From: Catajapyx aquilonaris
Taxonomy: Eukaryota
Length of the DNA: 50,290 nt
Reading direction: 5' to 3'
Assembly (NCBI GenBank): GCA_000934665.2
Contig: JYFJ02002821.1
Coordinates: 1-50,290 of the forward strand
Positions 37,234 to 49,592 of the stretch are shown piece by piece. Below the pieces are notes generated by a model that saw nothing but the letters and a program-made list of their open reading frames with translations, did not search any database and had not been told where the DNA came from. The number at the start of each line of letters is the position of its first letter. The stretch's first letter is position 1. The position numbers were made by a program, and so were the translations under genes.

Positions 37234-40200
37234 TCAACTGGTCCCATACTTTGTGCTGTCAAACATACCCTTTTGAAAGAAAGGCGAGAGAGCATAAAGA
37301 GCTTGCTTGGTTGGTCGCTCTGCACAGTCGTACAAGGGGCACCCTTTGATCTGGCAGCAAACTTCCAGCAACTGAGAGAGGTATGCCTGGAAAAATACAT
37401 GAACTGATGTTATAATATGCACAGTTCAAAACAGACACACAACACTTCATTGATATAAATTCTTAACTTGTGTCTAGGCACTAATGGCTTTCTTCAACAA
37501 ATATTAGGCTGACCAAGTTAGCATTCCTTTATGACCCCTATGCCATAAGCAATTTAGTCCACTCATGGTCTGTTTACACAGCCACTTATCTGAAAAATTC
37601 ACTTCTGCTGGCCCACTTCAGACCTGGTGCAGCAGACATCCACTGTTTTTTGAATTCTTGGGTGATCAGAAATGCTTGCAGCGAAAGTGTACTTTCAGTA
37701 GAAAAAATAAGTGCCAGCAATCTCCAACAGCCAATCCCATTGAGTTGATTGATGATTGAATTCTATAAATATCAGGGCTGCAAAACTAAACTAAAATAAA
37801 GAGAAGTTTCGGTCCAATGGAAGACAAACACTGTTAGTATACAATTTCGGTTCGGAAACGAAGACCACGTTCTCTTTCGTTACGGAAACAAAACGATCTT
37901 TAGGAACTGAACCGGTGGTTCAAAAAGAATCTCCTTCTTGTTCTGTTTTCGTTTCGTTCCGCAGGATAAAGCTAATCGTTTCAGGAACCAAACATATCGG
38001 AACCTGGGTAAGTGGTTTCATTTCGGGTATGGAAACCGTTGCTCTGTCGCTTACATAGAGGCATCGCACTGGTATGGTGTGTTGCCAGTTTGCCGCAGTT
38101 TGAGAAACCCTGGCCTAGAGTACAGGCCATACTGGACAGTTGGCAGTACGGAATATTATCATTTCCCCCCTGTATAGAGACAGGGGGAAAATAAATATGA
38201 ATGAATATGAATATGAATATGAATATGAATATTATCATTAGCGTTGTCATGCGTGCGAGGGGCACCTTGGTCTCATTTGACTACCTACATCCTGCTGGTG
38301 ACGAGACTAGGCTGCATCGAATCTATGACCGCAACCCGCAACTGGTAGGGGCCTCGTGGAACACCCAGTTAATCAGTTTCAGAAAGGCTTACTTTGTTTC
38401 TGGAATCCTTGATTACAATTAACACAAAGCACATGAGACACTTTCATGGTATGAACATTCATTCATATACAAACAACGAACCCACATGTACAACAAGAAT
38501 CAGCATTCAGCACAAACCCATCCGAACTCCAAACAGTGAAGCCTGTGACACGTGACACGCCAGGAGAACAGAAATAAATAACAAGGCGAGAACATGCGCA
38601 TGAGAGTCGACCCCCTTCACCATAGGCAGCCAACACCGCAGGCACATCCCAACTCGGCCGCAATGGAATGGCACGCTGGTTACAGCTACGTCATAGTTCA
38701 TTTCACAGACGAACGAAAAGAAATGTTCATCAGTCCAAGCTTGGACTGAAACCAAATCGATTCAGTAACCATGTCAGTGGAACGTAAATCACTTTCGATT
38801 CCCGAATCGTTTCGTTCCGAGAACCCTGAGTATTGTTTCATTGACTTTCGTTTCCAGCATTTCGTTCCTGCCTTTCATTCCTGCATTTCGTTTCGGTTCC
38901 AGAAATCGTTTCTGTGAACAGACGCTAGCGAGAAATGCAGGCGATACGGTTCTTTCACTTTAGTTTAGTTTAGTTTTGGAGCCCCAATAAATATCAATTC
39001 GCATCTCACTTCTCGAATCTTCTAATTTTTCAGCCAAACTTGGCCACCTCAATGTGCAAATTTTAGCCAGCAAGAGAACCCTTTATTTAAGGTGTATCTA
39101 TTTTATTTGTATTTTAAAATTGTAAAGAACCCTATAAATGGCCTGGGTAGGATGGCTGGAGCCAAAAGATGGCCACTAGAATCTGTGGCAAAAGTTTGTT
39201 GAATAAGTAGCAACATGGAATGCTACCATTGATTCCCGTGTGTCTTTTGCTAACACACAGCTGCTGCCCCAAGGTAAAACGCCCTAACTTGAAAACTACT
39301 CAGGGTGAAAGTCACATGCATGCTCTGCACTAATCCCCCCTGACTCAGAGGGGATCAGTGCAGGGCTTGCATGCGACCTTCACCCTTACTAGTTTTCAAG
39401 TTAGGGTGTTTTACCCTGGGAAGGCAGACCGGGTGTCTGCCATTCACTGGCAACAAATAAAGACTGTGAGAACAGACCATTAGGCTGAGTCATGCTAAAC
39501 TATGACAAACCTAATTTTCCCTGCTGCAAGTGAACACAGGTTTTCCAATGTAATTTAATCAAAATCTGACAGGAGAATATACCATAGTCAGGAAAAAAGT
39601 AGCATTGGCAATGTGTGCTTGGAGAAAAACTCTGGTCAAATAAAAAGACAGATACCACAACTGCTGTCCCAAGGGGGAATGCCTTATGTACAAAACCAAC
39701 AAGGACAAAAGTCGTGTTATGCCCTGCACCTATCCCTCCTGGCCCAGGGGGGATGAGTGAAGGGCCTGCATGCGACTTTTGTCCGTACTGGTTTTAGACA
39801 CCAGGTGTTTCTCCTTGGGACAGCAGACAAGGCTTTTAAAATATAGCATGCTATGAACAGCTGTGAATATTAAGACTGTTCATTTCTGCCTTGAAAGGAG
39901 GCACTGGCAATATAATGGCCAGTAAGGACATACTCAAATGGGTTTCACATCATCAGTTAACCCTTAACCACCAAATTTGGACCCACAATGTAGTTAATAC
40001 CATAGCGATTAATAATTTGGTATGAAATGAAAAATGGCAGGGCTATATTCCTCACACATACTTTCTTCCATCCAATGAAAAACTTGGACATCAGTAGATT
40101 TTTTTTTTTTGCTGAGTTACTTTTATGCTGCTAAGCGTCCCTGCTGGGGTCCAGATATACCCCACGTCATAGCCAATGTACATAATATTTTAGAGAACAC

Positions 40201-43200
40201 TTCACAGCCCATCACAGCAAATTGTATTTGATAAAGTGTGAGTGTTGTCATCCAGCAATAAATATTACTCGGAACTAAAATCTTGCTTTCCAGCTGGGGT
40301 ACCTGCAGCTGGGGGAATGTTTACGTTATAAGCCATTACTTACGGCATCGAGCTGGAAGGCTACAAAGCTGCGATAACGAAGTCTCAAGTCCCTTATGGC
40401 TCAACTAATGGTTGCAGGAGATCGATTTTTTTTACACAAACAGATGAGAATACAAGCCGAATTTGGCGAGAAAGAATGGCTTTAGTGCTATTAAATCAAA
40501 TTTTTTTAAAAAATAATCAAAACTGCGTGGGGTCCTTAAAGACCCCATGTCGTAGCCAATGTATGGGAGATTCACGTTGGTGGTTAAGGGTTAAAGCCAG
40601 TGTCTTGGAATAAACAACCAGTTAAAAAACTCATTACTAGGCCTACATCAAATGCAAGTCATGACTGGCGTGTGAGATACACAGTATGGGCTATGATGGG
40701 TATGAACTCCGAGCCAATATGTTGAGTTCATGACATGTTGTCCTTGAGTAATAAATCACTTAAAATTAATACTTGCCTCCAACAACTCTCTCCTTTCCCT
40801 AGCCAGGGTTTCTGATTTCTTGCCAAACAACCTTCTTGGGGGAAAGTTTAAGCGTGCCACCTGCAAGTAATACTTCACTTACACAACATGGTCAAGTAAT
40901 TGTGAATAATCATAAACATGATGAACACACTTGCCTTCTGTCCATAAAGATACTTCATATATTGGTGAAGTTCCCTGAAGCGACGGTACCTCCTGAGAAT
41001 AGTCCATTTCTCACCTTGAACAACTACATGAACCTCATACTCAAAATGAGAATTTGAGCCACTTCCCCTGAACACAAATGATGGGACTTTAACTGACAGG
41101 CCTTCATCCCCAACAGCTATGCTGCCACTGTGCAGTGAATTCAGGTAAGAAGCCATGGAATGACTGAGTGGCAGGTTGACTGAACAAGGTGACAGTGATG
41201 AAGACTCCTCTTCCTGACTCTAAGCACAATAATTACTCTGTTAGAGTTAATCTTATCAAAGCTAAAAGATTAGATTATGTACCTCACTTGATGATGCACA
41301 GGTGTTCAAGCCAGGCATGCTTGTTGCACTCATAATGGTCCTAAGGGGAAGAAAAAAAAAAAACGAAAATTTTAGACAGTGTTTATTGCAGAACACTTTA
41401 CCATTGGTCCCAATCTAACCTATCTAACCTAATGTACAGGAAGGGATGCACACACCACTTAACAAGTCACATAATACTAATGCAGTGGTATTCATCGTTG
41501 CAACTCATAAACCGAACCTGTACTGATGTTTGAATATTAAATAATAATTGATCCCCAAAAACATACCGTGATTTATGCTTGCGACGTGCATGGCAATCAC
41601 AATGATGAAATTCTAATGAAGACTTCATTACATCAGTATCTCTTGAATTCCTGCAATAAGGGCATTATCCTTGCTATGAAAAATCTCTGCAACATTGCAA
41701 CACATGAAACTCACTTCTCTTCACATTCCGTACTGGATCTACAGTCTGATTCGCATTCCTTGGCTTCAGTCTTTGACAATGCCTCTCTATTGATGCAGTG
41801 GCGTTCAATGTTGTTGTCTTGAACCTGTAACAAATACCATTTTCGGGTGAGAAAGGTGTCTCATTTTCTATGTGCCAATTATATTTAATTACTACAGTAT
41901 AACTGTAGTGACCAATTAAAATGCAATATTCGCCACAAAATTTTAAATTGAACTCATGTGGAAGCACCTTCTTGAGGCTGAGGTGCAGCAGACTAAAAAG
42001 ATGTGATAGTCCTACGAACATGTTTCCCTGAGAAATTTTGAAAATCATAAAACTCCCATTTTCATTTCAAATTCAAACTGCAAAATCTGCCTACATTATA
42101 CCAGATCAAAAGCAGGGGCGGATCCAGGGGGGGGGGGGGGGGGNTCATGGGGGTCATGACCCCGCCCCCAAACCGTGGAAAGTGAAATCTTTTCTAAATT
42201 TTAATCTGCAAATTAGGATGATTTTTTGGAAAAAGCGCTACCAATTTCATCAAATACTGTCCACACCCATTCAAATCTCCCACATTCACCTAAGCTCGTG
42301 TGACCTTGAACAAAAGGCAACATCCACCAAGCCGCCACAAGCCCACAAAATCATATTGTATGAGGACCATTCCAAAATGATTTATTATTTATTTATTTTT
42401 GCTACAAAAATACAGGGCCCATGAAGGTTGGCAGATAAGCACACATTAAACTAGGGAACAAAATTGAACTTTTTTTTTGGCCCATATACATGAATGTGTG
42501 ATTCCTATTGTATTTTTTGCGCTGATTTCAAATATGTTAACCAAAATCTTCTATCACCCACAGTTTTTGAGTAATCAGCATTTTATGGTAGCAATGAACT
42601 TCCTTCAATGTATAATATGTAGCACTGATCGACAAAATTGCAATTATTTTGGCGCAAGTACATGAATGTACAGTTCCTATTTCCCATTTCTACGTGTTGG
42701 CTGTACTTTGGTCAGTGTTTTGTACTCACATTGGCTGCATACGTTGTTCCATTTATAAGTTTACACACTGTTACCTTGGTTACGAGAATGTTATTGGTGT
42801 AATTATAGGTAATAACTAGCAGGATACCCGGCGTTGCTCGGGTTATGAAATACTTTTCCTTGTAGGTGTAAGTCATTGATTTGGTAGTAACCTTTGAAAT
42901 AATTATGGCTATACAATGTTGGCATACCTGTAATATGGAGCATATTGCATGTGCATGAAGTCCAAACATCAAACTGCGGATGTCAGATTGTAAGAGAGTA
43001 CACAATACGCCTTAAAAATCCAGCAACAGTATGTAATGAAAAATTGAAGGCTGTGCAGTAAATGTACGTAGAATAGCATTGAAAGACTGGCACCTCTCTT
43101 AGTCATTCCCCAACCCCATAACGGCCAATCTGGCCTGGATGACTGTGCCAGCAGGCAGCTATGGGGTCGCTGGAGAACTCAAGGCCCACCACCACGTTCA

Positions 43201-46200
43201 GGTTAAGGCGGTGCATTAGTAAAAATACGGTAGGTGCATTTTTGAGGGAATTTTAAATTTTTGTGGCGAAACGCACCGTTAATCGGAAAAATCACGAAGG
43301 TGCCCTGCGTAAAGGTTTGGCCTTTACTATATGGTACCATACTCGTTTTTTTATATATATATATTTTTTTATTTACTTTACCCCGTGATGACCCTTACGG
43401 GTGCTATAGGGGGGTGGCATTCTGGCATACCACCATCAGTTTTCTGTATATATTTTCTGTTTCATTCACCGGTGCAAGGAAACAGGGACAATGGGAAAGG
43501 ATAGGGATTTTTGGGGAGGGAACATGGGTGCAAGGTGCAATGTCGTAACTATGGGTCATGTGCTGTTCCCCAGGAGGTTAGGTTGCCAGACACCTCCTTG
43601 GTGCAGGTCAGAAACCCTCCTGAAGCAGGTGAAAGTTCCCCAGGCGGGGATCGAACCTGGGGCCTTTCACTCTGCAAGCCGAGACGTTACTATCTCGGCC
43701 ATCTACACCTCCCCACCATACTCGATATGATTGAATTAAAATTGTGGACATACGGGCGGAGAAGCGTTCCCGACTTTGTCGCGTTTCTCCCCGCCATGTT
43801 ATTCAAATGGGCTTTTGGGGAATGCCATTTTCCTTTCACTTGAACTCGACGAAAAGGTCACTTCTAGCCCGAAAATGGCAAAATGACTACGAAGGTGCCC
43901 TGCGCCAGATCATGTCCTATTTTTTGGTGTCATTTCTGTGTCCATTGCACCATTTTTGAGCCCGTACGGCCGCAGAAGCGTAGACATGTCGAATCCCCAT
44001 ATGCTGCCCATGCATAAGCGAGTTTGTTTAGGTCGTCGTCCAGGGCTTCATTGTTGCCGAATTTTTTTGCTAATGCGCCGCTGTAGGAACTGCTTGTTGA
44101 CCGCGATGGAACGTCGTTGCCGTGGGAACGTTTTTTTTTGTTGTGTTTGTAATGTAATGAAATATTGAAAGTTAAATGTTGATTATTACGGAACGGGGAT
44201 GGGGGGGGGGGGTAGTGGGAGGGTGGGTGCATGGGACAGGATTGGGGGAGGCAGTGAGGGGGGGGGGGCGATTCATGGACTTGTGCATTAAGTGGTTGCC
44301 GCGGTAACCCAATTGGGTTACCGCGGCAACCACCTGCCAGGTGCAGGTGATGTTTACAGCCAATTGCTCATTATTAGAAGAGTGTTCCAAAGTCCTTTTC
44401 GCCTCCTGGGGCTAAGGATGACCTCGGAGGTCAATTCCAATGTGCTTATGTTACTCCCGGTAAAAAACTACCCCTAATCAATCCCCTCGGGAGTATGTCG
44501 GGGCCTCCGTACGGATTTGCATAGCGGACAGACAGACAGACATAGGTCTTGAAATATGTATTAGATAGGTCTTAATCTATATTTTAGTTCGTTTGTGAGT
44601 TTATTTGTGAGTTTGAGAGTTTGTTTGTCCCTTACAGAAATTCAGGGGAAGGTCCCTACACCGCCTTAAATTAGGATATCGGGGGTTACTTTTTCCAAGG
44701 TATCTAACGCCGCATGTTTCAGCTTCCGAAAATGTACCTAACTCCCACAACATGCATATTCCCGAATCTTCTCACTTCTCGAACCATAACAATTAACTTC
44801 CATCAATAACAATATATCAATTTGCATTCCCATGGAAATGCAAATTTAAAAATATGGCTATTTACCTCCCTGGATCGTACCGCAGGGAGGGGACCTTTAT
44901 TTCGTCTTGATGGAACCTTTTTGACGTAGCGCCCGGGCCCACGGGCAGGGTGACTAAGGTGCAAGTGCAATTCTCAAAGGGTTCATTTTGTGAACTCCCC
45001 CGGGTGGATTAGTCTGAGGAGATTCCACCCGAAACGAAGCCAGAGACGACCCAACTCTGCACAAGATGAAGGGGGGAACCCCGGCCTGGGATCGAACCCG
45101 GGACCTTAACATCCGTGGGCACATTTCCGCAGCGCCACTTCGTCTCCCCTACGAAATGCCCTTATGCAACAATACCTAGCAAGTTAAACCATCGCCGTAA
45201 ATTCAACGCATCCACCAATTACGCTAATTGGCCACCTCATGTGAGTTAGTATCTTATGGTAATTCCGGGATTTTGTGGGATTTTAAAGTAGACTTCCAGA
45301 CAAAAGTAAATACAATAAAAGAATACAGTATTTACAAATATTATTCTGTGCTGAAAACAAAATTTTCCACCATGCATCTGTACGTACATTTCTCAAGTTC
45401 TTTAGAGAAAACATATGGAAGGAGGTGGGGGTGTTATTGAAACTTATAAGGCTTATTTTAAGACATACCGAGTTTCGAGTGTATGGAAGGGAAATTTTTA
45501 CAAACAAACACACTTCCTAATATACTGTATATGTACCCCAGGTACCTTTACCAGCACCCCAACATACCCAGGCAACGCCGGGTAACCTGCTAGTAATCCA
45601 ATAAAAGGCACACATCTCCATAATAAAAAATTAGTAGAGCTCATGTACTCAGGAAAACCATTTCTTCCATATTTCAGAGGTTAATAAAAGATGCTCACCC
45701 CAATGTGAGTTTGAATCTCCTCTTTCTCCTCAGCATTCAAGTCCCTGGAAGGGATAAAAGGCTGTTCATCAGGCTTCTCTGTAGTTTCTACCATTTCCTC
45801 TGTAGCAGCATCTGGAACTTGATTTCCAAATCCTAGCTTCCAACCATCAGAAACTGAAGTTGCACTTTCATAGGCCTCAGTACTTGGGCTCGACTCATCA
45901 GATGAGTGGTTGCTGAAAGTGCCACTGTCCCTATTCTTGGCAGCAGCAAAGCCTTCTGTTTTGTCCTGCTGCAATGCAGCCCTACTTGATCCTTCTAGTG
46001 TGGCCAGTTCCAACTCAAGTTGGCCTATTTTGCTCTGGCGCTCTGAGAGTGCCTTCAATTTGGACTGTATCTCACTCTCCAGGTGTTGAATAGCTTCATT
46101 CTGCTTCATGGCTAGCTCCTTGGTCTCCAACACTGCCTGACGCTTCTCCTCAAGTTCGGCAATGTTTTGTTTGTACACCTCTTCAAAGGCATCCCTCTCA

Positions 46201-47651
46201 ACCATCTCTTGCTAACACAACACAAAACAATCAATTCAACATTCTCTCAAGTCAATATATTGTATTGAAAAGTGATAAAACATAAAAAATAAGCATGCTA
46301 ATTACCATTTCTCGGCTCTCTTTGTCCTGTATAGCATTGAGCAACTCCTGTCTCAAATACTGACTTTCTGTGCTACTATTATTAACAAGCACCCTAAGGT
46401 TTCCCCTAAGCTGCTCTATAATGGCCCTTTCTCTGTCAACCTACACAAACAAAACAACATAAAAGGGGTGCACACAGAAACAAAAAATAAACCAGGCATC
46501 ATGCACAGTGAAGCAGTGCATATTGAACTCACCAAAGCCTTTTCCTGCTCCAACTCCTGCACAAGTTCCTCCTTTCGCTTTGCCAACTCTTGTTCTTTAA
46601 GCTGAAATCGAGCCATAGTTTCTTTTTCCTTACTTCCTACATTTTGCAATTCTTCTGCCAATTTCTTCCTCTGTGCGGCAAACACACCTTGCATTTGTTT
46701 GCGTTCCTGTAATATAGTCAAGGTTCCTTATTGATTCACTAGGATTACGTTTGTCTCCCCAAAATAAGTATTTCCCTCTTTTGCATCAAAACAATTTCTT
46801 TCACGTAGTGTCTGTAAGACTACTGTATCATATTTGGATGTATCTTGTGGTAAGGTTTGTGTTACACACGACTGCTGCTAGCAAAACACGTGCAGTCCTT
46901 CAATTAGTGTGATGATGAGCCTGCCATGTCTTGCTGCTTGCATGCTGCGATGGGACAGTATTGACACTTATTGGCAGGCCACGCTTATATTTTTCTAGCA
47001 GTAGCCTCATGTACAGTACATGAGATACTTTAGGCTGCCCTTTGTGAGTTGTTCTTTATTTTTTAAATCTCCAGCTTCGTCACTGGTTGCCGATTGCCAG
47101 GGAATTGTCATGGTGGTAGTGAGGATATAATGATGATTATGTTTCAAAAAAAATAATTAAACAAACTAACACCACAACCCTTCTTTCATGATCTTCTCAG
47201 GTCCAAGAAATTTACTAGCACACTTGAATATTAAAGCACCCCTACAACTAACCTCCTGCAGATTACGCATGGCTTCCTGTAATGCTTTCCTCTCCAAAGC
47301 ACATTGCTCTTGTTCTTTCTTCTGTGCCTCCCTTTCCTTCTTCTGTGCCTCCCTTTCCTTCTGCAGTGCGGCCTTCTCTGCTTCTAACTGTTCTTCCACC
47401 TTGCTGCCCAACCCAATCAGAAAGGGCACAACTGTTAATAATAACTCAGAAGCAATGTTATCTACTTCCTCTTCCTTACCTGGTAACATGAATGTTTTCA
47501 CATGACCATGCAAGATCTGTTGCAGACATGCTGAGCAAGGAGAGTCTGGAGAGGTTCATCTGAGATCTACTGCCAACTTTTCTCAACTGGGCTACTTCTG
47601 CTGGGTCATTGTAGCGAAACATGTTGGTGCGACCAAGCAGGATATTGCAAC
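37234..47651 (-). CDS. KIF16B: Kinesin-3 family motor KIF16B/Klp98A, 3' part (motor domain lies beyond the window)
   Basis: Exons 47651-47480 (GCNILLGRTNMFRYNDP, FHA end; LSLLSMSATDL), 47403-47253, 46706-46533, 46440-46306, 46211-45699 (coiled coil), 41824-41715, 41650-41567, 41340-41283, 41219-40935, 40860-40777, 37386-37234. The PX domain HFEYEV..WTILRRYRRFRELH..FPPRRLFG and the C-terminus SPFFQKGMFDSTKYGTS match KIF16B. Three small middle exons are less certain. Confidence 0.9.
37773..38986. mobile_element. Non-autonomous hAT element (~1.2 kb) in the last KIF16B intron
   Basis: TIRs CAGGGCTGCAAAACTAAACTAAA and TTTAGTTTAGTTTTGGAGCCCCA; 8-bp TSD ATAAATAT (37765-37772 and 38987-38994); many subterminal GAAAC/GTTTC motifs; internal (ATATGA)n. 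Confidence 0.85.
39261..39427. mobile_element. Palindromic MITE, CTGCTG termini (copy 1)
   Basis: The whole element folds back (AAGGTAAAACGCCCTAACTTGAAAACTA pairs with TAGTTTTCAAGTTAGGGTGTTTTACCCT); flanks ACAG/ACCG. Confidence 0.75.
39661..39826. mobile_element. Palindromic MITE, CTGCTG termini (copy 2)
   Basis: CTGCTGTCCCAAGG pairs with CCTTGGGACAGCAG; 4-bp TSD ACAA; same length and core as 39261-39427. Confidence 0.8.
39961..40590. mobile_element. Non-autonomous piggyBac element
   Basis: TTAA|CCCTTAACCACCAA ... TTGGTGGTTAAGGG|TTAA; internal repeats CCCCAYGTCRTAGCCAATGTA. Confidence 0.88.
42113..42180 (+). mobile_element. hAT (Tip100-like) left end
   Basis: CAGGGGCGGATCCAGGGGGG...GACCCCGCCCCC; no partner end found. 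Confidence 0.45.
43346..43714 (-). mobile_element. tRNA-derived SINE (family S2) nested in a Helitron
   Basis: Homologous to 22433-22778; perfect 10-bp TSD ACCATACTCG at 43336-43345 and 43715-43724. Confidence 0.9.
44292..44333. repeat. Perfect 42-bp palindrome inside a Helitron
   Basis: GTGGTTGCCGCGGTAACCCAA|TTGGGTTACCGCGGCAACCAC. Confidence 0.95.
44576..45593 (+). mobile_element. Non-autonomous Helitron (family A, ~1.0 kb)
   Basis: A|TCTATATTTT 5' end; 3' CCCAGGCAACGCCGGG followed by CTAG|T; ends homologous to 542-921. Confidence 0.8.
44860..45150 (-). mobile_element. tRNA-derived SINE (family S3) inside a Helitron
   Basis: Reverse complement aligns with 49593-49880 (CGAAGTGGCGCTGCGG..GGTTCGATCCC..CCACCCGGGGGAG.TCACAAAATGA..AATAAAGGTCC). 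Boundaries approximate; no clear TSD. Confidence 0.75.
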
Positions 47652-48731
47652 CTGTTTAATGTCAGTCATTAATTAATATGGGCTATTCTGCCTCGGTTTC
47701 AATTTGGAACAAAATCCATGTGTATCAAAACTGAGCTCACATTTGTAACAGTGGAAACGACTCCTGCATCCAGGTGCCATGAACATGTATGAATGTACCC
47801 ACCAAGTAGGAGCTGGGCAGAAAAGTGAAGGCACACACTACCATGTGTACAGTATCTCTCCTCTCTTGGTGTCAGAGGCACCAGCATGACTTTCGGCATA
47901 CACTGTACTCACGATTATCTGTGCTAATGAATGCACAGGTATGCCCAGAAAATCAGAAAACACTAATAATCAGGCAATGGTCCTAGATAGCATAAAAATG
48001 AGCTATTCAGAGGTTTTTAATGAGCTACTGTACATAGTGTATGCTGCTTTAAATCAGGTTTCATCAAAATAATATAATTTCCAATAGATTTAGAGTTTGA
48101 CATCTGGGAAAAGTCTGTTTGATTTCTTGTTAGCAAGATATACTTATATTCAAATCAACTTTTATTTCTAACCTTTTTTTGCCAAGGCACGAATAATCTG
48201 CATCCAGATAATTGGGGGTTCAGTGTATGTGATATTTCCACTGATATGAATGTGAGTTCAATTCTGTTAAATGTGGTATAGAGCAGTGTGGGGCAGTATG
48301 CCCTACTCCTAAAAAACACATTTATTTATTTGGGGTGAAATTTTTGCAGTTGACAGGTGTTACTTTACAGTCATCTGATACGTGAAATCATAGTTTTAGC
48401 CTTTTTCCTGCATGCTAACCCTGCTCCATGAAGTTAGTGTTGGTCCTTTCTGCCTCTAAATTTAAAGGAACCCTAAGGTGATTCCCCTTCAAATGTCCCC
48501 GAGTGGCCATCGATTTGGTATTTTAAAATGTGACTAATGTTTGACTGATGTAAAAGTGCAGCTATTATTTGAGTTTAGAATACATCAGGTGGAGTAAATG
48601 TTCAAAGGTGAACTGCACTACATGCACTTTTGTGAAGTCAATAAATCTGTGAATCTTAATTCAGATCTCAAATTGCACACAGAAATTCTGATTGTATATT
48701 GACTCCAAATGGCAAAAAGAGCACCCACCCG

Positions 48732-48822
48732 CTCCCACCCGCCCGCGTGCTTGGCGAGAGGGGATCTCAAGGCAATAGTTGCCTTGAGATCCCCTCTCGC
48801 CAAGCACGCGGGTGGGTGGGAG
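48732..48822. repeat. GC-rich hairpin, 44-bp arms, 3-nt loop
   Basis: CTCCCACCCGCCCGCGTGCTTGGCGAGAGGGGATCTCAAGGCAA-TAG-TTGCCTTGAGATCCCCTCTCGCCAAGCACGCGGGTGGGTGGGAG (1 mismatch). Confidence 0.95.
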
Positions 48823-49106
48823 AGGGATGGGATCGCCACCGCCTATCTGCAGGAGTCTTCGGCACTATGCAGACTCAGATTAAAAAATTCTTGGATGCTG
48901 GAGGGGACCACTTTTGGTAAATTCTTTAGTCAGACCTTCTTTGGCATGATACAAGGTAAGTACATGTCCATTTTCATCGGGAACCATACCATAGTTAAAA
49001 AGTTATTGAGGAATGTTTGGGTTTCCATTCGAGAGAATGACCCTGTATATACATTTTACATATGTATATGTTAGGCTCAAACCCCGAAAACGGCCTTTGG
49101 GCGAAA

Positions 49107-49347
49107 AAAACGTCCATACTGCAGAATGCTCTCTGCCAAACCATCCATTCTGCAGAATGGATGGAGCTTTCTGCAGAATGCCCCATGTCAAACCCCCCCC
49201 CCCATTCTGCAGAATGCTCCTTGTCCAGCCATCCATTCTGCCGAATGGACGGTTTGACATGGAGCATTCTGCAGTCTGGAAGTTTTAAACCGTCCATTCT
49301 GCAGAATGCTCGTTTTCAAACCATCCATTCTGCAGAATGGACGTTTT
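49107..49347. repeat. ~31-bp minisatellite built on the palindrome CATTCTGCAGAATG (8 copies)
   Basis: Cores at 49115, 49146, 49167, 49203, 49234, 49265, 49295 and 49326; the array is bounded by the inverted pair AAAACGTCCA/TGGACGTTTT. Confidence 0.9.
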
Positions 49348-49592
49348 AATGAAACAGCCAGACCTCGAAATGCTATTTTTAAAAAGGCCAGAACACTTTC
49401 CTGGGCTAAACTTAAATGTCAGGATGCCAATTTCGTGTTGGGATGGCTGGTTTAGAAGACGCCCATAACTCGTTGTGGCAGTTTCCTCTTTCCCACTATG
49501 CCATGTAGATGCTGGAAATAAATGACCCTATTGTTGTTTGGCAAATGGTTGAAATACTTAACATTTGATGATAGTGTTTATTTTCCAGGAAC

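Larger units (their letters stand above)
42816..44565 (-). mobile_element. Non-autonomous Helitron (family B, ~1.75 kb including a nested SINE)
   Basis: Minus strand 5' A|TCTAATACAT..(TGTC)n; 3' hairpin CCCGAGCAACGCCGGG followed by CTAG|T at 42816. Confidence 0.75.

Noticed and set aside
47907..47960. Additional KIF16B exon ending at a GTGAGT donor (47912)
   Set aside because: No recognisable FHA or kinesin similarity and no convincing acceptor; upstream exons probably lie outside the window.
49107..49347. CRISPR array
   Set aside because: Linkers are short and homologous to each other, there are no cas genes, and the context is a eukaryotic intron.
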